Of a stretch of DNA of 64,000 bases, positions 23,831 through 36,625 are shown piece by piece (position 1 is the first letter of the stretch; each line of letters opens with the position of its first letter). This DNA is from Felis catus. Taxonomy: Eukaryota. The stretch lies in NCBI RefSeq assembly GCF_018350175.1, contig NC_058368.1:113586001-113650000 (forward strand), written 5' to 3'. The notes beneath the pieces were generated by a model. The model saw nothing but the letters and a program-made list of their open reading frames with translations, was not told the origin of the DNA and did no database searches. Made by a program: the position numbers and the translations under genes.

Positions 23831-26800
23831 AAGTGCGTGAGAGGGCAGGAGCAACCCTAAGGGGGTGCTAGCTACGGGCTAGTCCGCCTCATCTCTGGCT
23901 CACGATTCTCCCAGAATCTTTGTGAAGTGGGAAGGAAATGGGATTTCTTTCATTCTTTCGCAAGAGAATACTGAGAACCCTTGTCATCCCCTGTCCTCGT
24001 CCTCTGTTAATAAGTCACCCTCCAGCAGAGTAAACCATGAGGACGCCCAGGTGCCATTCTGTTTGCACAGTTCTTCCTGGGAACCAAGAAATCATGGCCA
24101 GATTCACCTCATCCTGAGATGCAAATGAGGGAAAACAAGGAAGAGAAACTTGGCCTTCCGTTAAGGCCTCCGGAGCCCCATTTCCTTCCTGACGACCGGA
24201 CCAGTCACTGCAAATCCTCAAGGGTTTTCTATGCACAAGTCAGAGACCAACAAGTAACCAAATGAAGCTGTCCAGCGGGAGAGGGCAGGGCGAAGGGGCT
24301 TTGTGTCCACGAGAGACATCACAGGGCAATGACTGAGGAAGACCAGTCACGCTCCCGAGGCAAATATCTCTTTACGTTCCTTCACGCCTACCCAGTGTGC
24401 CGGGATGAGGAGATGTGTTCAGGTCAAGTACAGCCAGCATCACTGCACAAGTGACAGAAGGGACCTAGGGCATCGCTCTTCTGCCCTTCATCTATACAAC
24501 ACGTTTATTTAGCACTGTTCACTTTCACCTAACAAAGCAGACAGACAGATACACAGGGAGGTAGACAGGTAGGTGGGTGGGTGGAGAGATGGCCTTCACT
24601 GCCAACAGTACCTCCCCAGGCAGTCCTAACTTTCTACCAGCCGCGGTAAGAAATGGAATCTGTCCAGCAGGTCTTCCGTTGTCTCCTCCAAAACTTCAGT
24701 GCTCCAGGTGGTTGTGTATTTAAGAGAAATTTTCTGTTGGTTTTTTAATAAACCGTGTATATAAGGGTTTGCTATTCTTTGGCTAAACCCTTTCTGAGAC
24801 CGTGTTCAAACAGATTAAACGCTCAAAACTGTGAAGGGTTTTTCTGTGCCTCCTGGACAAAATTTCAAGACTTACATGATCAAATCAAGAATCCAGATAT
24901 CCTGAACTCCAATTTAATAGGCACTTTCAGATGGTACTGGAAGTATGAGCTCATCACAAAGCCTACAGTATGGGAGAACGGAAGGCAGCATCTTTAAAGC
25001 ATCGTTTCTGGGATGAAGGCTAAAAATTGTCTATCACAGCCAGTTAGCCTCAAAAGAAGCCCAAATAAAGCAAGCCCACTCAAGGGCCAGTGGTGTAAGA
25101 CCTATATTAGAAGCGATCTTTTAAGTGTCCCATCCTTGGGAAATACAAATTCTCCCTCTAACTGGGATATAGGACCCTCTGAGAATAAAACCCTGGGTTA
25201 CTTTCCAGTAATATTACTGTACCTTAGAAAGCAAACTGGGGGGCGAACTGGAAATTTACATTTGGATAATACTCTCAGGGAATTGTAAGATACTTTTCTG
25301 ACATTTCATCATCAGGACAAAAGCTGCCCCCCACACAGAGAATAACATACAGGTGGGCGTCTTCACAGATACCTCCATCTCTGATTAAAGACCATGACAG
25401 GTGACCCAGAGCATACGAAACCAATTAAGAGTGTTAACATACAGAATTTTGAACTTATATTCAGAGTTAATATACAGAATTTGGGATCAAAATTAGCTAT
25501 TACATCGACAGAAATTATCGCTTCCATTTATTGAGTACCTACTGTGTACCAGGCGATAGGTCAAGGACACGTTCTCGCTAACGTAATCTGAGAGCAAACC
25601 CTACAGGGTAGTGGTAACTCCTACTTTGCACAGATGAAGGTGAGGAAATGCAAATTTTGTTACTTCCTGCAGGCCTTCATTAATGGAAACTCATTTTTTT
25701 TTTTTAATAAAACACTGCATTCCACACTAAGGAGCAAATATAGTCAGCATTTTTATACGCTTGCCCAACTGAGATAAAAAGCCAAAAAGAAATAGACAGA
25801 TAAAGTTCCTGAATTGTATTTTTTTTACTCTATGATGGACATAATGCAGCACCAAGCTCTCCCGACATCACGCACACATCTACGTGGCTGCCCTGCCCCC
25901 CAACTGGGAGGCGCCTGTGACCCACAAAGTCACCCTGCAACAAACTGCGAGACCCTCGTGGGGACACGCAAGCTAGTAACTACTCACAAGGCTGTCCCTG
26001 AACGTCCAAGGAACAAAGAGGGCCACTTCCATTTGAATGACTCAGAGACGATTTCAGACAACCAGCAATCAGGGTCACCCTTCCCCTGTTGCACACGCCC
26101 CGCCTCGGGCCCAGCTCGGCTGCCAGACATAAATGTGCAAGACTCCAACTGCCATCAGTTTGTCACAACACTCACCTCTCCCACCAACCCTCCAGGAAAC
26201 ACGTAAAATCAAACACAGGCACACGACAAGTGAGACAAAAGGCAGAAGAAGGTGGGCGTTTGTGTGCTCAGAACTCTGGAACAGGCCTGGGTCTGAGTTC
26301 TGCCATTGCTGACAATGTGTCACATGACCTCTTACAAGGCAGGCAGCCTTTCCGATAGTGATCCAAGGGCCACTTGGACCCACCTGGGTCTTGATCATCT
26401 TTCAAAGTCACCAGCCAGCAGAGTGGAGCCATGACTTCCCAGCAGTGCTGCTGCACCTTCAAAAAGCAAGAGCATCTCCAAACACCACCCATCCTAGGAT
26501 GTGTCCTTACGTCCAGGGAAGGGATTCCACGTGGAACACTGCAGCCTATTTTAGGAAGAGGTTCAACATTTCCAAATGAGTCCGACAGCTTTCATCTCTG
26601 CAGGACCTCCCTTTAATTCCAAAGTGCCCCATGCTAGCAAGAGTCTTGACAATAACACCGTACAGCAAGATTTGTAGTTACGCCACACATGGTGACTGCT
26701 AATTTCCTTTCCTTACATCCCATCCAAGCGCACATTTCTCGGAAGACTGTCTACATAGGTGCACACCTACAGGTTTGAGAAACTTGTAGGTCGGGGTTCC

Positions 26801-26943
26801 TCAAGCTTCTCCAAAAAGATGACCACAGAGACGGGGATTAGGTTCCTCAGGAAAGCCATTCCACACCATTTCAGGGATGGGACCCTTCTTCATATGTTCC
26901 TACCTATCCCTTCCCCCACAGTAAAGCATTATCGTATGATGTT

Positions 26944-27540
26944 TGTTAGGGATTCAGTGTGTTCCCTCAAACTTCATACATGGAAGCCCTACCCTTCAAT
27001 GTGATGCTGTTAGGAGATGGTACCTCTGGGAGGTAAACAGGTTTAGATGCAGCCATGAGGGCGGAAGGTCCAGGATGAGATAAGCGCTAAGAAGAGGAAC
27101 AGGGGTGCTCGGGTGGCTCGTCGGTTAAGTGTCACACACTTGATCTCAGCTCAGGTCATGATCCCAGGGTTATGGGAGTGAGCCCTGAGTCGAGCTCCAT
27201 GCTGAATGTGGAGCCTGTTTGAGATTCTCTCTCTGTCTCTCTCTCCTTTTGCCCCTCTCCCCTGCTCATGTGCTCTCCCTCTAAAAAAAAAAAAAAAAAA
27301 AAAAAAAGAAGAAGAAGAAGAAGAGAAAGAGGAGGAAATATCAGACCTCCTTCACTCCACCATGTGAAGACACAGGGAAAAGGCAACCATATGTAGGCCA
27401 GGAAGACAATCCTCACCAGGATCCAACCATGCTGGCACCCTGATCTCAGACTTCCAGCATCCACAATGGTGACAAACAAACATCTGTTGTTTAAACCACC
27501 CAGTCTGCTGGAGTTTGTTGCTGCAGTCTAAAGGAAGACA
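26944..27540 (+). mobile_element. MaLR solo LTR (MLT1A-like), full length, interrupted by a Can-SINE
   Basis: TGTTAGG...CAAACTTCATACATGGAAGCCCTACCC...CCATGTGAAGACACAG...CTGATCTCAGACTTCCAGC...TCTGTTGTTTAAACCACCCAGTCT...AAGACA. Confidence 0.88.
27102..27307 (+). mobile_element. Can-SINE
   Basis: GGGGTGCTCGGGTGGCTC head, CT tract, long poly(A) followed by (GAA)n. Confidence 0.96.
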
Positions 27541-27789
27541 ATGTCATAATGATTCATCTCTCTCTCTCTCCTGTTAGACCATGATCCCTGTAAAGGGCAG
27601 GGAAGGGTCGATTTATGCTCACCACTGCATCCCTGGCACCCTAGCACATGGTTTGGGATCTAAGAGGCACTAGGGACATAGGTGTGAGGTGGGTAGCTGC
27701 ACACGTGCATGGATGGATGGGTGAGTGGATGCACGCATAGGTGCAGAGGTGAAAATCATGGTTTTGAAGAACGTTCACCACTGCAGGAA

Positions 27790-28030
27790 ACGGTTCTGAC
27801 ATAATAAGTAAAAATGCAGGAAATAAAATTATATAAACAATGTGATTTCAATTATGTAAACATTTACACATGATTAGGAATCTGGAAGGAAATATGCTAA
27901 AAATGCTAATAACAGTTATCTCTGGGTGGTACGATTAGGGTTGATTGTTGCAGTTTTCATGCCCCATGTTTCCACAAATTGCATGTATTACATTTATGAT
28001 CCAAAACAAGATTACGTTTTTAAAAAGGAA
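27790..28030 (+). mobile_element. Old L1 (L1MC4/L1ME-like) 3' end
   Basis: CTGGAAGGAAATATGCTAAAAATGCTAATAACAGTTATCTCTGGGTGGT...GCATGTATTACATTTATGATC. Confidence 0.75.
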
Positions 28031-28094
28031 ATTACTAAGAATTTAAAAAAGCACCTCTGTTTTAGGAGATTTTCTCCTCTAAAAGCAGAGCAGA

Positions 28095-28302
28095 GGGGCA
28101 CCCAGGTGGCTCAGTTGGTTGAACGTCCTACTTTGGCTCAGGTCATCATCTCACTGTTTGTGAGTTTGAGCCCCACATGGGCTCACTTCTTCAGCACAGG
28201 GCGTGCTTCAAATCCTCTGTCCCCTTCTCTCTACCACACCCTGCTCACACACACACACACTCTCTTTCTCTCTCAAAAATAAATAAAACATTAAAACAAA
28301 AA
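28095..28302 (+). mobile_element. Can-SINE
   Basis: GGGGCACCCAGGTGGCTCAGTTGGTT head; TSD AAAAGCAGAGCAGA / AAAAGCAGGGCAGA. Confidence 0.96.
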
Positions 28303-28799
28303 AAAAGCAGGGCAGAGACATAGAGTGGCAAAGGCAAGACAGATAGATTCATGTACCCAGAGGTTAGGAGCTCACATCTCTCCAGCTTTCCCAGGAGCAC
28401 AAAGGATCCCACACGCAATCTCCACTCTCGCTCAGATACTTTCACAGTGGACATTCCCATGCGGTGTTGTTCTGACCTCAACCATATAGAAAGAAGGGCT
28501 GTGCACAGGTACAGGTCAAGGAAGTGTCCCCTTTAGCGACAGACCAAAAACTCTGAGGAAGCATCAGACCAGGAGAAAAAGGCTAGGAAAAAAATATGAC
28601 CCAATCTTAAGAGCTGTGAAGAGCAAAACTAAGGGAATCCCAAAGATGGTCATCAAGGAACTCAAGTTTCAACCAAAGCTGTAAGTACCGAAGAAGGTCA
28701 TTGCTCTACAGGTACTTCTTTAAGAAGGAGAAGGGCTCACACTATAGGTAATGACACCAAGTGTAACAATGGCAGCTACCAATGGCTGAGGGTCTGACA

Positions 28800-29190
28800 T
28801 GGGCTGGGCAAGACTGAACTGTAAACGGTACAGGCCACGTCGTCTCGGTCACCATACTCAAGTCGGCAGCTGCAATGCAAGAGTAGCTACAGACAACGCA
28901 CAAGAATAAATACTGCTAGGGGCACCTGGGTGGCTCGCTCAGTCTGTCAAGCATCCGACTCTTGATTTCAGCTCAGGTCATAATCCCAGAGTCTTGGGAT
29001 CAAGCCCCGCATCAGAGCCGGCACTGAGTGTAGAGCCTGCTTAAGATTCCCTCTCTCCCTCTGCCCCTCTCCCCACCTCACTCTCTTTATCTCTCAAAAA
29101 TAAATAAATAAATAAACACTGCTGTGTTCAAATAAAACTCTACATACGAAACAGCAGACCACATTTGGCCCGAGCACTATATGTTGCCAA
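28800..29190 (+). mobile_element. MER58A (hAT-Charlie), interrupted by a Can-SINE
   Basis: GTAGCTACAGACAACGCAC...GCTGTGTTCAAATAAAACTCTAC...CATTTGGCCCGAGC...GTTGCCAA. Confidence 0.7.
28919..29110 (+). mobile_element. Can-SINE
   Basis: GGGGCACCTGGGTGGCTC head, (TAAA)n tail; TSD AATAAATACTGCT / AATAAACACTGCT. Confidence 0.96.
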
Positions 29191-30555
29191 GAATTGACGT
29201 AATAAAACAGGCAATGTGAAATTTCTACTTCCTACAACCCTCAGATGGGGAAACTGAGGCTCAGAGAGACTATGTCACTGGCCCAGGCTATGCTATCAAA
29301 AAGTGGCATGACTTGACTCACCCCCATGTCCAGCTGACTCTAAAGAGCCCACTCTTTAACACCCTTGTGCCAGCATCCTGCTGAGCATGGGGACCCAGGA
29401 ATAAGTAAGACGCAGGTCCTGCCTTCCAAAGTTTGTAAGTGAAGAGGGGCATCTGCTCCAGAGGTACCCACCCAACACCCCATCCTCAATACAAGTACGT
29501 CCCAGCAGAATTAAAGAGGTGTCAAAAACACTACAATCCACAGCACAGACATATGAGTTAACCTAATTCCTCTACAAAAGGGTTTTACCCTCTACACAAG
29601 GACACTGCTAGAAAGTGAGCTAACGTGGGCTTTTAATTACTGGTTTACACGTCTCTGAGTGGTGAGTGTAGAAGCTGACAGACCAGACACAGCCTGAGGA
29701 ACCCCCACCAGATGTACCGGGTGATAGTTCAGCTTCATGGGTAAGAGTCTATCACCTTTCCCTGCAGATGGACCTGGATGGCAATCCTCGCTCTGTGTGA
29801 CCTAAGCCTCAGCTGGCTCCCCTGGAAACCTAAGTTCGGAATCTCCTCCACCTTGGGGCTGTTAGGAGACAAGATGGGGGGCAGAGGCTGCAACTATTTT
29901 GTCCATCATCATATCTGCAGTACCAGGCACACAAAATCAAGGGCAGAAAGAAAAATTAAAAGGGAGACTTTCTGAAAAAAACTTACGTCAGCAGGAAACT
30001 TATCTTGTGAACAACTTCCCTTTAAATAAAGAAGTCTAGCACCGGAAGCACGGACAGCTCTCTTCAAGAGCGAGAGGCACAAACCCACCCTCCCTGTGAG
30101 CCAAGGAGGCCCTTTCCCGCCGCCAGAGGCAGGTGTGAATGGCAGTTAACGTGAACACAGAGGGTAGGGCACAGCTTCTGTTCATTGCCTCTGACCCCAG
30201 AATGAACTCTGACCTCATTAACCTCCAGTAAACAGGAGAGGAGAGCCAACAACCTGCCCCCCACCCTCCACCCGCAGGCCTTTCTGGGGGCTGCCTAAGT
30301 GGAAAAGGATAAGGGTTATTAAACATGAAGATCTTCAAGAGGTCTTCCCTGAGGCAGAACCACCATTTGCCCACCTGTGGCTCCTCCATCAGCTGTAACG
30401 CTAGAGGCCAGGGGGTGGGGGCAGGAATAGTGATATTTTTTGCACCTGCAGTGTCCCAGGGACCACAGGGCTGAAAAGGCAAATGATGTCATTTTATGTT
30501 TAGGGCAATCCTGAGAGGTGAATGTTTTCACTCACATTTAAAAGAGGGAGCCACA

Positions 30556-30775
30556 GGGACACCTGGATGGCTCAGTCGGCTAAGCATCCAACTTTGGCTC
30601 ACGTCATGGTCTCGGAGTTTGTGACATCAAGCCCCACGTCTGGCTCTGTGCGGACAGCTCAGAGCCTGGAGCTGGCTTTGGATTCTGTCTGCCTCTCTCT
30701 CTGCCCCTCTCCTGCTCGTGCTCTGTCTCTCTGTCTCTCAAAAACAGATAAACATTATAAAAAAAAAAAAAAAAA
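30556..30775 (+). mobile_element. Can-SINE (feliform type)
   Basis: GGGACACCTGGATGGCTCAGTCGG head, GACAGCTCAGAGCCTGGAG, poly(A); AGGGAGCCACA on both flanks. Confidence 0.97.
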
Positions 30776-30849
30776 AGGGAGCCACAGATCAGAGAGGTTG
30801 TGTCATCCGTCGAAGCTCACATAGCTGTTAGGGGACAAATCCAGGTCCA

Positions 30850-31360
30850 AGGGACAGATATGAGTTCAATGACCCTCCACCTCACCTTCACCCAATGCCC
30901 AAAGCACTGCCTTGTCCCTTCCCCCCTCACCAAGCTCAGCATGCCCCAATTCCCCGTTGCCCACTATACACCAGCCACAGTAGCTTCCTGTCTGTTCCAA
31001 GAACCTGCTGTTCCCCCTTCCCTGGAATGTTCTCACCCCTTCTCTTTACCTGGCTAACACCTATTCAGCCTGTGGCTCTCAGGTCAGTTGTCATTTGCTC
31101 AGGAAGATCCCCTTGGCCACCACCCTCAGCAAGAGCCTAGCTTAACCCTCCACCCTCATCACTGTCTCCTTTAAGGTGACCCTGGATCTTTCCCTCGTAG
31201 CAAGTGCAATTCAGTGGTAAGGTGGAAGAGACTGGTTTATGGCTTCTTTCCCAACCAGGAGAGTGGGTTTCAGGAAAGACAGTAAACTGTGTCTTTTACA
31301 CTACTAAACCCAAGTATTTCCCATAGTGCTTGACACATAGATGTTCAACTGTATCTGATG
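30850..31360 (+). mobile_element. L2 LINE 3' fragment
   Basis: GCTGTTCCCCCTTCCCTGGAATGTTCTC...CATAGTGCTTGACACATAGATGTTCAAC. Confidence 0.7.
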
Positions 31361-31497
31361 AAGGAAGGAAGGAAGGAAGGAAGGAAGGAAGGAAGGAAGG
31401 AAGGAAGGAAGGAAGGAAGGAAGGAAGGGAGGGAGGGAGGGAGGGAGGGAGGGAGGGAAGGAGGGACGGAGGGAGGGAGGGAGGAAGGGAGGGAGGG
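31360..31497. repeat. Compound (GGAA)n/(GGGA)n polypurine microsatellite
   Basis: Read directly; about 138 bp, almost entirely purine. Confidence 0.97.
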
Positions 31498-32267
31498 CAG
31501 GGCTAACAAAGGAACAAACCTTCACCCCTACACATTCTCCAGACATTTCAGGAAGCCCAAACTCAACTTCCTTGAGTTTACCACAAGCCACTAATCACGC
31601 ATGCGCACACAATTTACCACCCATGCTAAGTTCTGGAAAAGTAAGATTACAAATCATCCACTACTCTTTTCAGGTTATAGCAGAACCCTACCCTGCAATT
31701 TCCATAATGAACCTTGTCCATGTCATTTCTAGATGCTGCTGTCACTTTGGCTTTTCTGCCACTGCTACTCAAGCGACCTGATGAAAGAATCCACATAAAG
31801 CTGGGAAAAGTGGACTGTTTTCTATAAAGCACTGGGTGAGGGGCAGATAGGCACAGGGCTCCAGTACATAAGGAGCTTTTACAAAAAAGTCTCACAGCCC
31901 TCGCGATATGTGACCGACAGACAATGGGGCAAATTCACCCTCTCAGTCAGGGATGATGCATCAGAAGGGCAAAATATGGATCCTCCCTCCCTGGGGCCTG
32001 TACCGTTGGGACTATACCCATCACTTTTATACATATAGGATCAGGCAGGATTTGGCAGCCAAGGCTTGGAGTGGGAGTTATGCAAAGCTGGGTTCAAAGC
32101 GTGGCTCCATCGCTTACCACCGTCTGTGTGGCCTTACATCTCCACCTCTGTAAAATGAGACTAATACTAGTTCCCCCTCCAACAGGTTCTGTTGGGATGA
32201 GGTGGATTAAAGGCAGGCAAACTGCCTGTTTGAGCTTGCTGCACGACCACTGTCATGCCACCATCTG

Positions 32268-32289
32268 CCCCCCCCCCCCCCCCCCCCCC
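32268..32289. repeat. Poly(C)22 run
   Basis: Read directly. Confidence 0.9.
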
Positions 32290-33544
32290 ACAGAATGTGA
32301 GCTACTCAACGGCAGGAATCAGGTGAGGATCCACTTAATGTCTCAGTACCCAGCAGCGGCCCCGGCACACAGTAGTGCCTCAGGTCATGCTTTGGATGAA
32401 TACACTTATCCAGGCTTATAGGCCACTCTGCCGCTCAGTCGCCCCTCTCCTCTGGCAGTGGTTCTCAGCCCAGGGGTCTCTGCTAAGACTCTCCGGGGAG
32501 CAGTGCTGTGGCTGGTAAGCAAGTCTGGGAGAGCCTCAGCCTTTTCCTTCAGGAACACAGAAGTCTCTGGCCAACCAGAAGTCACTGTGGTTTCCTCCCA
32601 GCCCTCTGCAAAAAGCCTGGGTTCAAAGACTCACCCTCAAGGTGGCACTCTGACCTCCTCAAACCTTACCTACTGAAGCAAGTGTAGGAAGAATTCTAGA
32701 ATCTATTCAGAAATGCATAACCCCCCTTCCCTGAATGCAAATTTTCCCTCTTCAAGGGACTCTGAGACATCTCCTTAAAAAGGAATATTAGGGGAAACCT
32801 TCTTTTTGAGGGTCTTACATAGTAAGCTAAAATCTTCCTTTAAAAACACCAAGTGCTGAGCAATCTGCCTCCTAATCCATTCACAACTCAGCCATTCAAG
32901 TCCTAGAATAATTCTCCCATAATTCATGTTAATCATTCAACCCTCATAATATGAATCATCTGTTGAACGGAAACTTTCACCAAGATGGGCAAGAGCCACT
33001 GGATCTTGCTTTCACAATCTCTCCAGAGCTCAGAAGGTTCTCTACTAATGACAGAAAAGTTACTGTATTTTTAGCAAGCACTTTAAATATTACTCATGCA
33101 ATCAAAGCTGTTTTCCTAACTCAACATATACAGTTTTCAAACATGCAATACGGTTGACCTTATTAAATATTCCGTATTACCACTTACAAGCACGACATAC
33201 AAAAGTACAGTCCCAAAACTTCTGGCAACACTTGTAAAAAGGGAATCCTCATAAAATGCCCCAGAGGGAAGAGCAAAGGCTCTGAGTGTGGCACAGAATG
33301 CCAACCAATGCCATGGGAGGCAAAGACAAGGGCGGGTCCCCAGGAGAGCTCTTTGCATAGAAGTCCAGGAGGCAGGCAAACAAAAATCTCTAAAAATACT
33401 CTCCAAGAGCTCCAAGGACAAGGCAGCATCTTTCTTTCAATCCTACCCAAATACAGGATGTCACATGGGTAATAGGACAATTATGTTTTCAAAATAGAAA
33501 ACTTGAAACTGTCTCATCAAAATCTATAAGCTAGATAATAATGC

Positions 33545-33780
33545 CACAAATAGCTCCCATTTACTGAACACTCACGACCAGGTATTGTGCTAAATGCTAT
33601 AGAGATTTAAGATCTTTAATCCTCCTGACAATCCTGTGAGATAAGCACTATCATCTTCATTTTTCAGATAAGAAAAAAGACACAGATGTTAACAAACTTG
33701 CCCCTGGCCACTCCACCGAAAAGGGGCAGAGCCAAGCTGGGAACCAGGACCTTCTGTATTCCAACACCCATACCCTAAAT
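33545..33780 (-). mobile_element. MIR SINE, near full length
   Basis: AATAGCTCCCATTTACTGAACACT...TTTAATCCTCCTGACAATCCTGTGAGATAAG...AACTTGCCCCTGGCCAC...GGCAGAGCCAAGCTGGGAACCAGG. Confidence 0.85.
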
Positions 33781-34135
33781 ATGTGCACCAAGCTGGCCTA
33801 GAAGGTCAAGACTAGAGTCCCCTCCAGCCCCACCTTAGCGTGCAGGGGTTAATGCCGTTTACCCTCTGTCAAGTGTCAGAACATTTCAGCTCTTTGAATG
33901 GGCAGGTTGTGGAGTGAAGCAGAGACATCAATGATTAAGTACGAATTAAATTAGAAGCAACTGAAGCAGGGGAGTCCATCACAGCTTCCATGGTCAAAGT
34001 CCACAGAAGAGCCAGAGGGGAAAGAGCACAGATCTAAGAAAAGGTGAAAAAAAAAAAGGGAGATAGATGCTCCAGCTAAATGCGGACCAGCTGCCTCTGC
34101 AAAACAAGAAATCGGACCAAATAGGGGGCACCTGG

Positions 34136-34197
34136 GTTCATGCTCTGTCTCTCTCTGTCCCAAAAATAAATAAACGTTGAAAAAAAAAATTTTTTTT
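34136..34197 (+). mobile_element. 5'-truncated young Can-SINE (tail only)
   Basis: GTTCATGCTCTGTCTCTCTCTGTCCCAAAAATAAATAAACGTTGAAAA matches the tail of the young copy at 53937-54161; flanked by the 18-bp direct repeat CAAATAGGGGGCACCTGG. Confidence 0.9.
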
Positions 34198-34203
34198 CAA
34201 ATA

Positions 34204-34315
34204 GGGGGCACCTGGATGGCTCAGGCACTCCGGCGTGTGACTCTTAATCTCAGAGTCATGAGTTCAAGCCCCAAGCTGGGCATGAAACCTACTTAAAAAA
34301 AAAAAAAAAAAAAAA
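34204..34315 (+). mobile_element. Short Can-SINE lacking the CT tract
   Basis: GGGGGCACCTGGATGGCTCAG...GAGTTCAAGCCCC...CCTACTTAAAAA(n); TSD GACCAAATA / GACCAAGTA. Confidence 0.93.
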
Positions 34316-34528
34316 GACCAAGTAAATGAGGATCTGAATAAGCAAACGACTGTGGTTGCAAGTTTTAAACACCAGACCTTAGACTGCTAACACTGCTGAG
34401 CCAGAGATGACAGAGAGACAGTGAGAAAAAGCACTCTAACAAACGAGTCAAATGGCAGTGATTCTTGACTTCCAGTGCTCTCATTTGTTTTGTTTGATCA
34501 TTTATTCCTATCTTTTACGGCAGATTCA

Positions 34529-34739
34529 GGGAGCCTGGGTGGCTCAGTAGGTTGAGCATCCGACTCTTGATTTCGGCTGAGGTCATGAACTCATGGTTCG
34601 TGGGTTTGCACCCCGTGGCAGGCTCCATGCTGAGCATGGATCTGCATGGGATTCTCTCTCTCGCTCTCTCTCTGCCCCTCCCCTGCTCGGGTGTGCATTC
34701 ACGCTCTTTCCCAAATAAATAAACATTAAAAAAAAAAAA
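34529..34739 (+). mobile_element. Can-SINE
   Basis: GGGAGCCTGGGTGGCTCAGTAGGTTGAGC head, CT tract, AATAAATAAACATTAAAA tail. Confidence 0.96.
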
Positions 34740-36329
34740 GGTGGCTTCATGACCTCATGACCCTCTCCTCAAAACACTACTTGAACTGGAGTGAATACCT
34801 TTTCCTAGAAGACACAGTCAGTAGCTTGAAATAATCCGGCTAAATTCTCCCTCAAACATCTGTACCTAATAGTCACAATATTGGGGTCAGCTAATGATGG
34901 GCTTTGAACCAGAAGATGCTATGGAGCTACGGCTGGGACAACTGCTTTCAAACACAAACATCCTAATCCACGGGCAGACACATTCAGTTTCTTTCAAGTA
35001 CTACCTAGTGACGCAGAAGAATAAACGAGGCAGGCCAAAGCAGGGGTGAGGGAGGGAGATTACATTACCCTTTAAGCTAAAGTTACAACTGTGGAGAGTG
35101 CCACAAAGGAGGGGAGCGTGGGGCCCTGTGGCACCTGTGAGCTAGCCTGGGGGTCTGGGAAGGCTTCCCCAGGAAATGAGACCAGAAGGAAGAGTGGACG
35201 CTAGCTGGGCAGAGATGAGAGAGCATGGTGCAGACGGGGAGAACAACATATGCAAAGGCCCTGTGCAACCCAAACAAAGCCAGCCAGGCTAGGGAGCGGT
35301 GTGCAAGTGGATGCCCAGAGCACCCCACATGGCTCCGGGGTGGCCTCACACCACTATAAACCCAGGCTGGACCCGGGTTTAGGACCCCTGCCGTATGAGA
35401 CCCTTCCTCCCAGGAAGTTGCTTGGGCTGGCCTCGCGGGGGCTGATGCCTTAGGTGCCTCCATCTTTCTGCCCCCCCCCCAAAACCCTCCGTCCCTGCTT
35501 CTGCTTCTCCCCGTGGGCAACCCCCCCCCCCCAACAATGGCACACAGGACAGCGTGTTCCAGAAAAGCATGTGGTCTGCTCCCTTACTAATCTTGCTGTA
35601 TCTTATTAAAATGGCCTGGTGCCTGCCTGGTGTTCTGCACAGAGCAACGGGGTTTATGCGGCAAGCGGCAGCCGGGCGAGCGGTATTTCATTTCTTTTGT
35701 GCTGGAGAAATGACCTAGATGCTGCTCTGTACAACGGACTCGCACTTGCAGGCGTTAACCCCTTCTTTTCCATCCAGCCCGGTGTGCAGGTAAAAGCAGA
35801 GGTGTGGGCAGACACAGTGCAGTCAGCTAAGCTGACAAGCTGGCCGAGCGCCTGGGGACTGTTCCAGATGGCCAGGCCAGCGCCCTCCAAATGGGAGAGG
35901 GTCTCTGGGGAGGCCAGCTGCAGCAGAGACTTCTCTGGGAACCCCTGTTTGTGGGGACTAGGACACAAGTCATGAGTGAAGGGAGAAGGTGAGGAACTTG
36001 CATGCCGCCCCCCACCCCAGCTGGCCGCCTCTTTCCTGAGGTGGTTCCCCTCCCACACTGTGACCACTTTCATTGCTCCCCTTTCTTCATTCACAATGCT
36101 GGTATCCATTCCGTGGCTCTTCTACACAGGCTCTGTGACAGGCCCGGAAGAGATCCTCCCAGGGAGATCAACAAACACACAACACTCCCAATAGGTGCTA
36201 TCCCTACAGATATGGAGAGCAACCAGGGAGATGGGGCCACAGACCCCTACCCCACATTGCCCTGTGGGCGCTGACTGGCTAGGAAGCTGGGATAGGCTCC
36301 TTAAACGAGTAACACGGAACGAGGACCAC

Positions 36330-36625
36330 TGCCTTGGTCAGCTTGGGCAGCCACAACAAGATAACACACACTGCGTGGCTTAAGCAACGGGAATGGATTT
36401 CTCACAGTCCTAGAGGCCGGAAGTCCAAGAATAAGGTGCCAGCTGATTCACTCTCCCGGGAAGGCCCTGCTTCCTAGTTTGTAGACGGCCACCTTCTCAC
36501 GGTGTCTTCACACAACAGAGTGGGAGAGGCAGCAATCTGTCTGGAGTTTCTTCTCAGAGGACACTAATCCCATCATGAGGGCCTCATCCCGAAGACCTCA
36601 TCTAAACCTAATTACTTCTCAAAGG
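36330..36625 (-). mobile_element. MaLR LTR (MLT1A-like) fragment
   Basis: GTGGCTTAAGCAAC...TTTCTCACAGTCCTAGAGGCCGGAAGTCCAAG...GGACACTAATCCCATCATGAGGGCC...GACCTCATCTAAACCTAATTAC. Confidence 0.85.

Noticed and set aside
24626..24651. Plus-strand CTAAC-tttctaccag|CCGCG|gtaaga 5-nt microexon
   Set aside because: It would shift the frame, the branch point is very close to the AG, and it lies on the strand opposite the inferred host gene.
31304..31594. KEGR-repeat and LPSF-repeat ORFs
   Set aside because: These are translations of the GGAA/GGGA microsatellite.
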